From: Eledone cirrhosa
Taxonomy: Eukaryota
Assembly: GCA_964016885.1 (NCBI GenBank)
Contig: OZ024748.1
Location: 13,516,001-13,580,000, forward strand
DNA: 64,000 bases
Reading direction: 5' to 3'
The translations under genes were made by a program, and so were the position numbers. The notes below the pieces were generated by a model, which saw only the letters and a program-made list of their open reading frames with translations, searched no databases and was not told the DNA's origin. Below, in pieces: positions 14,969 through 30,256 of the stretch (positions are counted from its first letter, which is position 1; the number at the start of each line of letters is the position of its first letter).

Positions 14969-15441
14969 CATCTATACATATATATACATCACACACACAC
15001 ATAAATATACATATATATATACATATATTCATACACATACACATGTATACATATATATACATACATACATACAAATATACATACATACACATACATAGTT
15101 ACATACATAAAATGGCGGACAACTTTATTTATGAGCATTCATTGTAACTGTTTAGAAGTGTGTGAAACCGTATCTCGTCAACCTCTCGCACTATAGTTTG
15201 GACTGGGGCATATAGTGACGCCAGGATTGCCTCCTCGGTGGAGGTTACTCTATAGCGTGACATCATAGCACTGTAGTGTGGGGCTGTACAGGGGAGGGCA
15301 ACCAGTGACGCCAAGATGGCTTCCAGTGTGGAATTTTTGCTCAATGACACACTGTTCATAATCCTCATTGGAAAAAAACAAAACAAATAGAAGCACCTAC
15401 TCACTTTCTTAGTTTTTCACTAACACATTCACTCACTCGCA

Positions 15442-15777
<336 letters not shown>

Positions 15778-15799
15778 TATATCTATCTATCTATCTATA

Positions 15800-15844
<45 letters not shown>

Positions 15845-15905
15845 GTCTCTCCCTCTCTCTCTCTCCCTCTCCCCCCCTCTCTCTCTGTATATATATATAT
15901 ACATA

Positions 15906-15980
<75 letters not shown>

Positions 15981-16084
15981 TGTATATATATAACTAACTA
16001 TCTATTTATTTCTCCCTACCTAACTATTTCTCTGCTCAACTATTAACCTGTCAGCCTACTTATCCATCCATGTATCTATATATT

Positions 16085-16143
<59 letters not shown>

Positions 16144-16148
16144 GTCTA

Positions 16149-16201
<53 letters not shown>

Positions 16202-16220
16202 GTCTGTCTATCTATTATAT

Positions 16221-16348
16221 CCTATTGGGGAAAATCGACTAACTTTTTAAATTGCATTTGTGATAACATTTTACACGTTTTTATTGTATGTAAACTTACC
16301 CCTTTGTATTTGTCCCCTTCTTTTGTGCCCCTGTGGCTAATAAAGAAA
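16221..16348 (+). mobile_element. Tx1/L1-clade LINE 3' UTR fragment in (ATCT)n
   Basis: cctattgggg...gtggctaataaagaaa followed by (atct)n. Confidence 0.7.
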
Positions 16349-16369
16349 CATATCTATTATCTATCTATT

Positions 16370-16402
<33 letters not shown>

Positions 16403-16584
16403 TTGTCTATCTATCTCGAACCTTCTTCGGTGTATGTTAGAAAACAAATAATCATAAAAATGACAACATATACTGTACATAAATGAAGGAATGAAAATAA
16501 AAGAAAAGAAAACAAAGTAATGCTCATTTGGTTGTTTTAGACAGTTTCAAGGTATTCTGTTATTCAACACTGTATGTATGTACG

Positions 16585-16653
<69 letters not shown>

Positions 16654-16657
16654 AAGT

Positions 16658-16709
<52 letters not shown>

Positions 16710-16790
16710 GGTAGGCAGAAAGAACAACACAATCGGTACAGTATATGGAAGGGATATATTAGCTTAACGCTTGATATAGCAGGAAGAGGG

Positions 16791-16826
16791 TCTTAACGTT
16801 TCGACCGCTAGTCCTTCATCAGAAGA
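16791..16826 (-). ncRNA. Minimal hammerhead ribozyme with palindromic helix III
   Basis: Minus strand tctt-CTGATGA-aggactagcggtc-GAAACGTT/aaga. Confidence 0.7.
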
Positions 16827-16935
16827 AAGAATGAGAATAGGATAGATTGAGGGAACGGGCGAGTTTATCTTTAGATAAAAATAACAGGTCCATTCATGTT
16901 GACATCTCCACACATACACACACACACACACACAT

Positions 16936-16969
<34 letters not shown>

Positions 16970-16991
16970 GTATATATATATTGGTTGAATA

Positions 16992-17039
16992 GTGAGTCCT
17001 ACTACTCTGGCGTTTCATCTGCTTCTCACAGGATCATCA
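16992..17039 (-). ncRNA. 5'-truncated hammerhead (family 3)
   Basis: Minus strand TGATGA-tcctg..cagat-GAAAcgccagagTA-gtaggactcac; homologous to 26432-26494; abuts (TA)n. Confidence 0.55.
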
Positions 17040-17074
17040 TATATATATATTATTTCTAATATGCATCTTATTGC

Positions 17075-17141
<67 letters not shown>

Positions 17142-17376
17142 ACAGTAGTAGTAGTACTAGTCTATTCCTTTTTTTGTCTTTTTGTATTTTCATATTCGTT
17201 TTCAACTAGATGAAATTATTTCAACAACCGCCATTTTAACTAGCGCTCCCAATAGAACCATATCCAAACCCCAGTTCTTATTAATACACATTTCTAATAT
17301 ATTTAGGAAAAGGACCAACATATATATTGACATTTTATTAATTATTGATTTCACTTTATTATTAATCAAGCTTATG

Positions 17377-17570
17377 GGTGGTGGATTGGCAGTAATAGTA
17401 GAGGGTCGGATGCCATGCTTTGCAGCATAGAATTATGCCCCTTTATGGTCTGAGTTCAAATCCCGCCGAGATTACCTTTGCCTTTCATCCTTAGGGGGTC
17501 GATAAAATAAAGTACCAGTAATGCACTGATGTAATTGCTGGCCTTGTGCCAAAAGTAGAGACAATTATTA
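17377..17570 (+). mobile_element. Meta-core SINE
   Basis: Colinear with 14268-14461. Confidence 0.9.
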
Positions 17571-18447
17571 ATTCTAATCCACATACCACCACCATAATTG
17601 AAACTTAAGGGTCAGTTTACCACGAAATCTCGACCGGAAGGATGGTTAAGGCATTCAATTCATAATCTATGAATTAGTAACCTAAATATTTCATCCACTC
17701 TGCCATTGCACCTTCGAACTCCACCGATCCTTAAAAAATAAATGCGGTAACAACAACAAAAACAACAACAATAATGATAATAATGATAACAATAAATAAA
17801 TTAATGAATTTTTCACTTTAATTTTTTTGTTTTTTATGCTTTTTGTTTTTTTCAAAAATGATCCCCGCTAGAAAAAAATTATATATTGGAATTTTCAAAG
17901 ATTATCTGATAATCGAATTTCTTTATCGATTTCTTGATTCCTAAATAATAATAATGATAATGATAATATAAATAATAATAAAAATAATAATAACAACAAC
18001 AATAATAACAACGATATCAATAATACAACTAAACAAATTTATAATAATGATGAGGATATGATAATAACAATAATAATAATGATAAGAAGAAGAAGAAGAA
18101 GAAGAAGAAGAGCAACAACAACAGTAACAACCACAACAACAACAACAGTAATAACAACAACAACAACAATCTCAACGACGAAAGCGAGAATATTTTTATA
18201 TTTTTTAACAGATATAAAAAGCTGCTCTGTTAGCGTTAAGATAAAGACTGATCCTAAAATGAATGGGGAAAAAAAAATATTTTACAAAATGGCAGATATG
18301 TTTAAACTAATAAACAAATAAATAATTTCATTCCTTGGCGCGATAAATTGAAATGATCCTTCAAAATTGGCCAATCGATGATCAAAATATTCAGATCCTT
18401 TAAAATAAAGAAATCCGTTATTGGTAAATTGAAAACCAAAAGATAAG

Positions 18448-18479
<32 letters not shown>

Positions 18480-18744
18480 GGAAAGAAAAGAAAAAGAAAG
18501 AAAATGTATTAGACTTTCTCTAATGAAGGTGGGAAAAAAACCCAGAGAAATGTTTGAATTGTTTTTATTAAATTGAGAATTAGTGAAAATGAAAATGTAT
18601 GTCTATATTCTATATTTACACAGACAACTATTTATGTACACATACATACGTACAGTATGTTTCTTTATATGTATATAATGTGTGTGTGTGTATAAATGTA
18701 GATATATCTAGCTATATATGTGTATAGTATAAAACTCAGATAAC

Positions 18745-18818
<74 letters not shown>

Positions 18819-18952
18819 ATATACAGTAGTTATGGAAGCAGAAAATTGCTTTTTGTGATCCAGTTCGTGGTTAAGAAAGCCATATATACATATATATATA
18901 CACATATATATATATGTGTGTGTTTGTGTGTCTGTGGTGATATATATACATA

Positions 18953-19010
<58 letters not shown>

Positions 19011-19086
19011 TATATATATGTATATATATATATATATATACACACATATATATATATGTATATATCATATATATGTGTGTGTATGC

Positions 19087-19168
<82 letters not shown>

Positions 19169-19183
19169 GTATATATATCTATG

Positions 19184-19228
<45 letters not shown>

Positions 19229-19233
19229 ATATG

Positions 19234-19308
<75 letters not shown>

Positions 19309-19449
19309 GGAGAGGGTGGGTGCGTGTGTAACTGACACTGAGATGTATGGGAAATTAGTAATTGATTTATAGATAGATACATTGACAGGTACAATTAGAT
19401 TATTAGCTGTTGAGTGTTGGAATTTCGTCAATAAAATAATAATAATAAA

Positions 19450-19645
19450 GATGGTTTCTGAATTAGGCACAAGGCCAACAATTCTGGGTGAGGGGAAAAT
19501 CTATTAAATCTATCCCAGTGTGATACTAGCACTTTAATTTATCGACCACGTATAGATGAAAGGCAAAGCTAACTTCGGTGGGATTTGAACTCAGAATGTA
19601 AAGAAACGTAACCATATACCACAAAGCATGTTTCCCGACGCTGGT
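19450..19645 (-). mobile_element. Meta-core SINE, older long-tail subfamily
   Basis: Reverse complement of the SINE core and tail, diverged. Confidence 0.75.
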
Positions 19646-19905
19646 TCTTCTTGTTTCATAATTGTATAAATGTTTACCAATACACAGAGAGAGAGAGACT
19701 CAGTTTCTAACATATACACACAAGACATTTTCATTGGAATTTAGGCAACATCAACTACTTAGATATGTCTGCATGGCTGCATGTGTGTGAGGTATGGATG
19801 TTATTGTATGTGTGGATGTGTATGTTTTGAGTTATATGTGTACATGTGCATATGTTTCGTATCTTACATGTGTACATGCAACATTTTTGGTATGCATTAT
19901 TTACT

Positions 19906-19979
19906 GTTCCATGACTAGAATGTACTATTTTGTAACTAGTCGAAACGGCTTGAGCTCTGCCGTCGGGATCATACCTTTT

Positions 19980-19982
<3 letters not shown>
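19906..19982 (+). ncRNA. Degenerate hammerhead (family 2) with core deletion
   Basis: gttcc-ATGA-ctag...ctag-tc-GAAA-cggc(ttgagctct)gccg-TC/gggatc, followed by (TA)n. Confidence 0.55.
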
Positions 19983-20023
<41 letters not shown>

Positions 20024-20024
20024 A

Positions 20025-20205
20025 ATAATTGTTTCTACTTTTGGCACAAGGCCACAATTACGGAGTGCATTACTGCTACTTTATTTTATCGACCCCGTAA
20101 GGATGAAAGGCAAAGTTAACCTCGGCGGGATTTGAACACAGAATGGCAAGGGCCGTAACTCCATGCGTCAAAGCATGGCGTCCGACCCTCTACCGATACT
20201 GCCAA
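20025..20205 (-). mobile_element. Meta-core SINE
   Basis: Reverse complement of the SINE consensus. Confidence 0.9.
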
Positions 20206-20501
20206 ATGAATTAAAACATATCAGCATTGCTGACAGCCATCGCTTGTGTCATCAGCGTGGCGTTTATACAGGTCTCTATTTGGCTTCAATATCGACTGCA
20301 CGGCTCACACTATCAGATAGAGACAATATTTGTTAGCGAAGGTCTTGCACAACTAACAAGTCAAAAGTCAGGATATATGTATATTATATATATAATATTA
20401 TATATATATATTTAAAAGTTAAACAAGGTTCAATGAATACATCAAAGAATGAGTTTTACAATAGGTTGGAAGCACTCAACCGTGATGTTTTCCAGTGTTA
20501 T

Positions 20502-20827
20502 TAATATTAATTCAAAATATTAACAAAATAGATATTCTTGTGATCAATTATATTGTATTATACATATTTCAGAGGTACTGAGTTAAGTTCAACAGTACGT
20601 CCTCATCAGATAAAATAAAATGATACATGACATACCCTGACATAGTAGATGGTTAAGATTGCCTACCATGACTGAATCTTAACCATCTACTATGCCAGGT
20701 TATGTCATGCATCATCTTATTTATCTGATGAGGACGTTGAACTTAACTCAGTACCTCTGAAATATGTATAATAAAATATAATTGATCACAAGTATATCTA
20801 TTTTGTTAATATTTTGAATTAATATTA
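20502..20827. mobile_element. Inverted repeat (about 155-bp arms, 14-bp spacer) with two opposed hammerheads (family 4)
   Basis: Arms 20502-20660 and 20675-20827; minus hammerhead 20553-20615; plus hammerhead 20720-20775 (tttat-CTGATGA...GAAA-tatgta-TA/ataaa). Confidence 0.8.
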
Positions 20828-20858
20828 TATTCAACCCGGAATAACGTATATATACATA

Positions 20859-21322
<464 letters not shown>

Positions 21323-21329
21323 CTATCTA

Positions 21330-21392
<63 letters not shown>

Positions 21393-21423
21393 GAAGTTAG
21401 TTGAAATGAATCGTTATAAATGC

Positions 21424-21469
<46 letters not shown>

Positions 21470-21534
21470 CAAAAAATTATTCGAACTGAATCGGTACGAT
21501 TGGTATGTATATATATATATATATATATATATAA

Positions 21535-21566
<32 letters not shown>

Positions 21567-21755
21567 TTCTGTGTATATATATGTATATATTTGTATGTAT
21601 GTATCTGTCTATGTAGAATCAGTAAGGAATATGGCATTAAATAGATTAGATATTAACTCAGGGCTTGTGTGTATAATATATGTCTATATGTTTTACAATA
21701 GTTTACACCCCTCTCCCCCTAGAAAAAAGTGGTTACATTATTAGAAACACCCAGA

Positions 21756-21999
<244 letters not shown>

Positions 22000-22049
22000 A
22001 TACTGTATATATATATATATATATTATATATATATATATATATATACTG

Positions 22050-22137
<88 letters not shown>

Positions 22138-22245
22138 TATATATACTCACACACACCCAATACTCTGGAATGTATTTCGATCCAAGATTACTGGTTGTTA
22201 ATTCAAACCCAAAGGCAAACACCAAAAACAACAACAACACCAATG

Positions 22246-22278
<33 letters not shown>

Positions 22279-23187
22279 GTTGTAAATTCAACGAGACACC
22301 AACATATTCAACCTTAAAAATTTAAGAATATGATCGCAATCACACACACAAATACACATACACTTGCACACACTCACACTTACACACACGCATATATACA
22401 CACAATCAAACGACATTGAATTATATACTCCCACGTACATATAGACATACACAAAACTACACACACAGACTGAAATGCATAGGCTCACACACACACATGC
22501 AGACACAAATATAGCCACACATACACAAAGCTACCACACATATACAAGCACACAAACCATAAACACAGGCATACACACTTACAAGTACACACAAAATCAC
22601 ACATATACACACACAAACCCATAAACACAGGAATACACACTTACAAGTACACACAAGATCACACATATACAGGCTCACAAAACCACACACAGACACATAC
22701 ACACTTACAAACACACCCACAATCACATACACAGTCACACAAGACCACAAACACACTCACAATCACATACAGAAACACACAAAACCACAATACACACACA
22801 GACACACACATACAGAAAGACATACACATACATAAAGACACACACATAGACAAAGACACACACATACACAAAGACACACACAGGCACAAAGACACATACA
22901 TACACAAAGACACACACAGACACAAAGACACATACATACACAAAGACACACACAAATTCTCACGCAAGATCTTACACACAAACACATACACAAAGACACA
23001 CACATACACAAAGACACACACAGACATACACAAAATCTCACACAAAATCTTACACATACAGAAAATAAGTAAATCATTTAAAAAAAAAACAACAATACAA
23101 ACAAACAAACAAACAAACAAACAAACAAGCAAACAAAAACGAATAAATAAACAAATAAAAAATAAATTTAGTAAACAAACAAACAAA

Positions 23188-23218
<31 letters not shown>

Positions 23219-23344
23219 ATAGAGGAGAAGTTCTCCTCCAAGAAAGATTGTTAACTGGAAGGGGCTGAATCAGATTATGATTATTAAAAATGGTAACTTT
23301 GTGCAACTGTCTAATTGTTAGCTACTGTAAATTCCTGCAGTAAA

Positions 23345-23726
23345 ATAATTGTTTCTACTTTTGGCAGAAGGCCACAATTACACAGTGCATTACTGGTACT
23401 TTATCGACCGCATAAGGATGATGGGCAAAGTTAACCTCGGCGGGATTTGAACTCAGATCATAAAGGGTCGTAACTCTATGCTTCAAAGCATGGCGTCCGA
23501 CCCTCTACCGATACTGCCAATCCACCGCCAGTAAAATAATTGTTTCTACTTTAGGCACAAGGCCAGCAAATATCCAGTGCATTACTGGTACTTTATTTTA
23601 TCGACCCCGTAAGGATGAAAGGCAAAGTCAACCTCGGCGGTATTTGAACTCAGATCATAAAGGGACGTAACTCTATGCTTCAAAGCATGGCGTCCAACCC
23701 TCTACCGATACTGCCAATCCACCGCC
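23345..23726 (-). mobile_element. Two stacked Meta-core SINEs
   Basis: Copies 23345-23529 and 23536-23726; cagtaaaataat occurs three times (23338, 23529, 23726). Confidence 0.92.
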
Positions 23727-24172
23727 AGTAAAATAATGTTGAGTTTTCTTAGTCGTACGTATAGGCTTTGTGGAATTACTCACCATAACCATTATCAGCG
23801 TCATCATCATCGTCGTCATCATCATCATCACTGTCACTGTTATCATCACAACTACTATCACCACCATCGTCGCCATGATCAATGTAATCAGCATCATCAT
23901 CATCATCAGCATCATCATCATCTTAACATCATCACTATCATAGATACTAATATCACCACCATCATCACCATCATTATTAATAACATAATGAATAAAATTG
24001 TCATTATCATCATCATCATCAACAGCACTACTACTAAGACCAACACCATCACCATCATCACTACTACCAGCATCATCATCACTTTCATCAATATTTCACC
24101 AATAACACCACCTACACCATGATCGCTAATACCAACACCACAACCATCACTACTACCACCTCCAATACCACC

Positions 24173-24341
24173 GTAGAGAGTTGGACGCCATGCTTTCTAG
24201 CATAGAGTTACGTCCCTTGACAGTATGAGTTCAAATCCCGCCGAGGTTAACTTTGCCTTTCATCCTTACGGGGTCGATAAAATAAAGTATCAGTAATGTA
24301 CTGTTTAATTGCTGGCCTTGTGCCTAAAGTAAAAACAATTA
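24173..24341 (+). mobile_element. Meta-core SINE, 5' truncated
   Basis: Colinear with the SINE consensus. Confidence 0.9.
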
Positions 24342-24534
24342 TCATCACTACTACAACCAATACCACCACTACGACCTTCATCATCACAACTACCACCACC
24401 ATCACTATCATTAATACTACTACCATCAGCAGCATCATCTTCTACCACAATCCTCAGTACTACCACCAACAATACCACCACTATCACCACCACGCCCTCA
24501 CAATATATGTGGCACATCAGGAACATTACATTAA

Positions 24535-25940
24535 GTATATATCTGGATGACTGTATCTGTTCGACCGTACAGATCTGGAACACTACAAATGTTAGTCAGA
24601 TCTGAGACAACTGGAATAAGATATATACCAGTATATTATACATCTGGAACACTACAAATGTTAGTCAAATCTGAGACAACTGGAATGAGATATATACCAG
24701 TATATTATACATCTGGAACACTACAAATGTTAGTCACATCTGAGACAACTGGAATAAGATATATACCAGTATATTATACATCTGGAACACTACAAATGTT
24801 AGTCACATCTGAGACAACTGGAATAAGATATATACCAGTATATTATACATCTGGAACACTACAGATGTTAGTCACATCTGAGACAACTGGAATAAGATAT
24901 ATACCAGTATATTATACATCTGGAACACTACAAATGTTTGTCACATCTGAGACAACTGGAATAAGATGTATACCAGTATATTATACATCTGGAACACTAC
25001 AAATGTTAGTCACATCTGAGACAACTGGTATAAGATATATACCAGTATATTATACATCTGGAACACTACAAATGTTAGTCACATCTGAGACAACTGGTAT
25101 AAGATATATACCAGTATATTATACATCTGGAACACTACAAATGTTAGTCACATCTGAGACAACTGGAATAAGATATATACCAGTATATTATACATCTGGA
25201 ACACTACAAATGTTTGTCACATCTGAGACAACTGGAATAAGATGTATACCAGTATATTATACATCTGGAACACTACAAATGTTAGTCACATCTGAGACAA
25301 CTGGTATAAGATATATACCAGTATATTATACATCTGGAACACTACAAATGTTAGTCATATCTGAGACAACTGGAATAAGATATATACCAGTATATTATAC
25401 ATCTGGAACACTACAAATGTTAGTCACATCTGAGACAACTGGAATAAGATATATACCAGTATATTATACATCTGGAACACTACAAATGTTAGTCACATCT
25501 GAGACAACTGGAATAAGATATATACCAGTATATTATAGATCTGGAACGCTACAAATGTTAGTCACATCTGAGACAACTGGTATAAGATATATACCAGTAT
25601 ATTATACATCTGGAACACTACAAATGTTAGTCACATCTGAGACAACTGGAATAAGATATATACCAGTATAGTATATATCTGGATCATTATACCTGTTAGA
25701 TCTTATACATCTGGAGCACTACAAATGTTAGTCACATCTGAGACAACTGGAATAAGATATATACCAGTATAGTATATATCTGGATCATTATACCTGTTAG
25801 ATCTTATACATCTGGAGCACTACAATGTTAGTCACATCTGAGACAACTGGAACAATACATACCAGTATGGTATATATCTGGACCACTGTATATGTTAGTT
25901 AGATTATATACATCTTTAACACTACAAATGGTAGTCACAA
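24535..25940 (+). repeat. Minisatellite: about 16 x 69-bp units plus 101-bp ancestral-type units at the edge
   Basis: Unit tctggaacactacaaatgttagtcacatctgagacaactggaataagatatataccagtatattataca (24574, 24643, ...); 101-bp spacing at 25609/25710/25811; open frame 24547-25671. Confidence 0.95.
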
Positions 25941-26329
25941 TAATATATGCCAGTATTGCATAACGCATTCCATCGAACACTGATTAGTCCATCTTATTTT
26001 CCTCGGAAGAAGAGATTTTAATCTCGAAATATCAGGACATTCAAATAAAGTAAAACACATAACATCTTGTTTCGTCTGATTTCTTTATCTGTCCATTTCG
26101 CAATGTCGTGGGTTTGAAATATCACATTTGATACACATATCAGTCAACCATATCTGTTATATGTAGATAAACGACATCTGTCTGTCACATCTAGTACGTC
26201 TAGATCGGTGTATCTGACAATTACATCTTCTATATCTAGCGTCCACATACAACACACACACACACACACACCCACACCCACATGCACACGCACACACACA
26301 CACACAAACACATACACACATAACATACA

Positions 26330-26431
<102 letters not shown>

Positions 26432-26490
26432 GTCTTGTCTGATGAAACTGTGATTTGTGATAAACAGGCGAAACTCCAGAGTAGGAAGAC
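26432..26490 (+). ncRNA. Hammerhead ribozyme (family 3)
   Basis: gtcttgt-CTGATGA-aactg...caggc-GAAA-ctc(ca)gag-TA/ggaagac; directly after (TA)n. Confidence 0.7.
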
Positions 26491-26516
26491 TCACGCTTTA
26501 GCCTTATCAAAATGAG

Positions 26517-26563
<47 letters not shown>

Positions 26564-26572
26564 ATATATATA

Positions 26573-26940
26573 TATCAAAATGAAAATCCGAAGGCAAGGT
26601 AAAATTCCAATCATTTAATCACGACACATGTTTCAATAAGTGATAGATCGATTGTGAAGCCATGATCGATTATCACTGATCTCATCAGGTGAAAATGAAA
26701 TGTCTTCAAATTCTTGATATGAGGGAGATCTATCTCTTATTGAAACATGTGTCGTGATTAAATGTTTGGAATTTTACCTTGCCTTCGAATTTTCATTTTG
26801 ATACTTATACTCCGTTTTACATCAGCTAGCTGTTCCCTTGAATGGAATTGGAGATATACAAAAGCGTGGAGAACTTAATATTGCTAACATAAATTTATTG
26901 GACCATTTTACACAACTAATAATGCACCTTATTATATAAC

Positions 26941-26945
<5 letters not shown>
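26573..26945. mobile_element. TA-flanked element with inverted arms (26573-26648 / 26727-26803) and minus-strand hammerhead at 26620-26691
   Basis: Minus strand cac-CTGATGA-long stem II (agtgata..atcgat/atcgat..tatcact)-GAAAcatgtG-TC/gtg. Confidence 0.8.
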
Positions 26946-27024
<79 letters not shown>

Positions 27025-27406
27025 GTGTATGTGTGTGGGGTGCATAGGGTGGGGGTGGGCGCGTATGTATATATATATACGTAAATTGCTAGTTTTGAAG
27101 TATCTATAAGTCATCCTGAGGCATGTATACGTCCATGAATCTGACGTAACAGAACACAACACTACACCACGTAACAATACACAACTCCCACAATATATAT
27201 ATCATAACACATACAAGAAAACATAACAAGATCATATATCAACAGCACATATCAATACTATATCATTATATTCCATTTCAATACAAGCAAGAGGGTGTGT
27301 TTTCAAAATAAATTTGTACAAATATTATACATCTCTTATTCCCTTTCCCTCTCCATAACCACCTCTCTGCCCCCCCCCCCCCCCCCCCCCCCTCTCTCTC
27401 TATCTA

Positions 27407-27489
<83 letters not shown>

Positions 27490-27624
27490 TTCTCTCTAAT
27501 GTCATCCCACCTATGCATTCTATGAACGAGAATTTCTCTGGGGTTATATATATATATATATATATATATCGATTCATATTCATGTACATATACATACGTA
27601 TATATATATAAATATAAATATATA

Positions 27625-27684
<60 letters not shown>

Positions 27685-28611
27685 ACATACACAGACACAC
27701 ACATAGTTATATATATATATATATATATGCATATATATATTTATCTCCGTATACGTTGAGTTATGTAAATATTTTGAGAAATAAAATATACAACGCTGTA
27801 CAAGTATGTATATATACAGATATTCGCAGGTGTATACATGAGTATGTGTGTGTGTGTGTGTGTGTATGTGCATGTGTGTGTGTGTCTGTGAATGTGTATG
27901 GATTTCTATACTTGGCTTATATATACAACTGAAATCAGGCCTATATATATATATATATCCGTTTGCGTGTGTGTATGTGTCTGTATGTGTATGTCTGTGT
28001 TTGTATGTGCGTGCGTGCGTATATACATAGAATTATTCCTATTTGTATATTAATAAACGTTATATACACGCATATACTTATGGAAATATGCATATTTGCA
28101 TATATATAAATATAGCATTCACATGTCTTTGACATATACATAAAATATAGGCGTGCTCACTCATACACATACATTCACACAGACATACATTTTCACAGAT
28201 GTTTTCTAATAATAGTAAAAGACCAAACATTCTTGGCAATCTTTGGGCTCGATAATATAGATCTCAGTACTGTACATAAAACCAGAAATTCTAAATAGAA
28301 CAAGATGGGACTCAAATGGAAAGGGAGATAATTCTCTACAAAAGTAGTTCTGTCCGCCATTTTAACAATATAACCTTCATCAACCATTTTGACTGTGTCC
28401 GTTGAGGTACGTATTAATAAATATGTTAATATTATTCCTTTTAAAGGGATATATATGTATAAGTATGCATGTATGTATGTATGTATGTATGTATGTATGT
28501 ATGTATGTATGTATGTATGTATGTATGTATGTATGTATGTATGTACGTATCTATGTATGTGAGTATGTGCATATGTATGCGTATATATATAGAGAGATAG
28601 AGAGATAGATG

Positions 28612-28697
<86 letters not shown>

Positions 28698-28718
28698 TGA
28701 CACCCTTAATTTAATTTT

Positions 28719-28757
<39 letters not shown>

Positions 28758-29188
28758 CATACATATATATATATATATGTATCTATGTATGTAAGCATGT
28801 ATGAATGTATGTATGCACATATTTATGCGTATATGAATGTATACCTGGAAGACAAATTATAATTAATCATAATAATAACAATAACATATGGTGGTGATGG
28901 TGGTGGAGGTGGAGTTGATGGCGATAGTGATGGTGGCGATGGTGGAAGTGGTGGTGGCGGTGGTGTTTGTGAGGGAGAATGAAACGGTGTCTTCTTACCA
29001 TACGTTTTCTATTTAAGAATGATCCACACGTTTGCACTGAGAGTGTTAAAAAGGCTGTTAAACGGTGAGAAGGCAAAAGGGATTTAGGGACCTGGTGGTG
29101 GATGTTTAGGTCGGGGTACAGTCGGGACTGTGTGTCGCCTGCCGTTGTCTGACATTGTAACTCACCGATGTAATGTTTTAATAGGAGC

Positions 29189-29224
<36 letters not shown>

Positions 29225-29235
29225 CACACACACAT

Positions 29236-29294
<59 letters not shown>

Positions 29295-29368
29295 TATACT
29301 CACACTGACAGTATGTATGTGTAGTCATACATGCGTGTGTTTCTCTGTGGGTGTGTGTGAATACCTGC

Positions 29369-29420
<52 letters not shown>

Positions 29421-29748
29421 ATATATATATATGGTTATACATATGTGTGTGTGTATACATATATATATTCGGTGTGTTTGCATTTGTTTGAAATATACTG
29501 AAAATTTATAGTTTTTATTTTTACACTGTACCTCACTATTACTATTACATAGACACATACATAGACATACACACATATACCTATGTATGTATATGTGTTT
29601 ATGTCTATGATGTGTGTGTGTATGTATGTATGTATGTTCTTCTGGTTATATAATTTCACACATTTTTGGCGATAGAGAGAGAGTGTATGTATGTATGTAT
29701 GTATGTATGTATGTATGTATGTATGTATGTATGTATGTATGTATGTAT

Positions 29749-30256
29749 GGGTGGATACCCGATCGCGCGGTTAAACCACTGGGAGTGAAGGACCCCTAGC
29801 CTTTGTCAGGGCATTCTTCTAGGAGAAGGCAACTCAGGAAACTTGGATAACTCCGACATAAAACCTGCAGCTCAGTAGTTATCGATGATGTCGATCTTTT
29901 CTTCTTTTCAGGTTATAGCTACTGTAGCTCAGAGAGTGGGATTGGCTCAGTGCACAGTCTTTCCTCACTTGTCCAAAAAAATCTTCATGGACAGGCATTG
30001 CACGGTAGAATTAATTAATTGTTTCTAATTTGGGCACAAGGCCAGCAATGACCCAGTACATTACTGGTACTTTATTTTATCGACCCCGTAAGGATGAAAG
30101 GCAAAGTTGACCTCGGCGGGATTTGAACTCAGAATGGAAAGGACCGTACGATAGAATTAATAAATTGTTTCTACGTTTGACACAAGGCCTAATGATTAAT
30201 AATGGTATACCGTGCAATGGCCATACTCGATAACAAGGGGGCAGCCATCATCATCA
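29749..30256 (+). mobile_element. Bipartite RTE-derived non-autonomous element, interrupted by SINEs at 30016-30190
   Basis: RTE 5'-type motif ctaggagaagg.aactc...ataaaacctgca; 3' end tggcc.tactcga.aac.ag..ggcagcca; (tatg)n flanks. Confidence 0.65.
30016..30190 (-). mobile_element. Two stacked truncated Meta-core SINEs
   Basis: tagaattaat at 30006 and 30152, each followed by the reverse SINE tail. Confidence 0.8.

Noticed and set aside
24547-25671. CRISPR array or repeat-protein gene
   Set aside because: The units are contiguous and near-identical with no unique spacers and no cas genes; the open frame is expected from a 69-bp stop-free unit.
28299-28407. Possible AG...GT bounded host exon
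   Set aside because: Weak splice signals, no sustained reading frame and no recognisable protein similarity.
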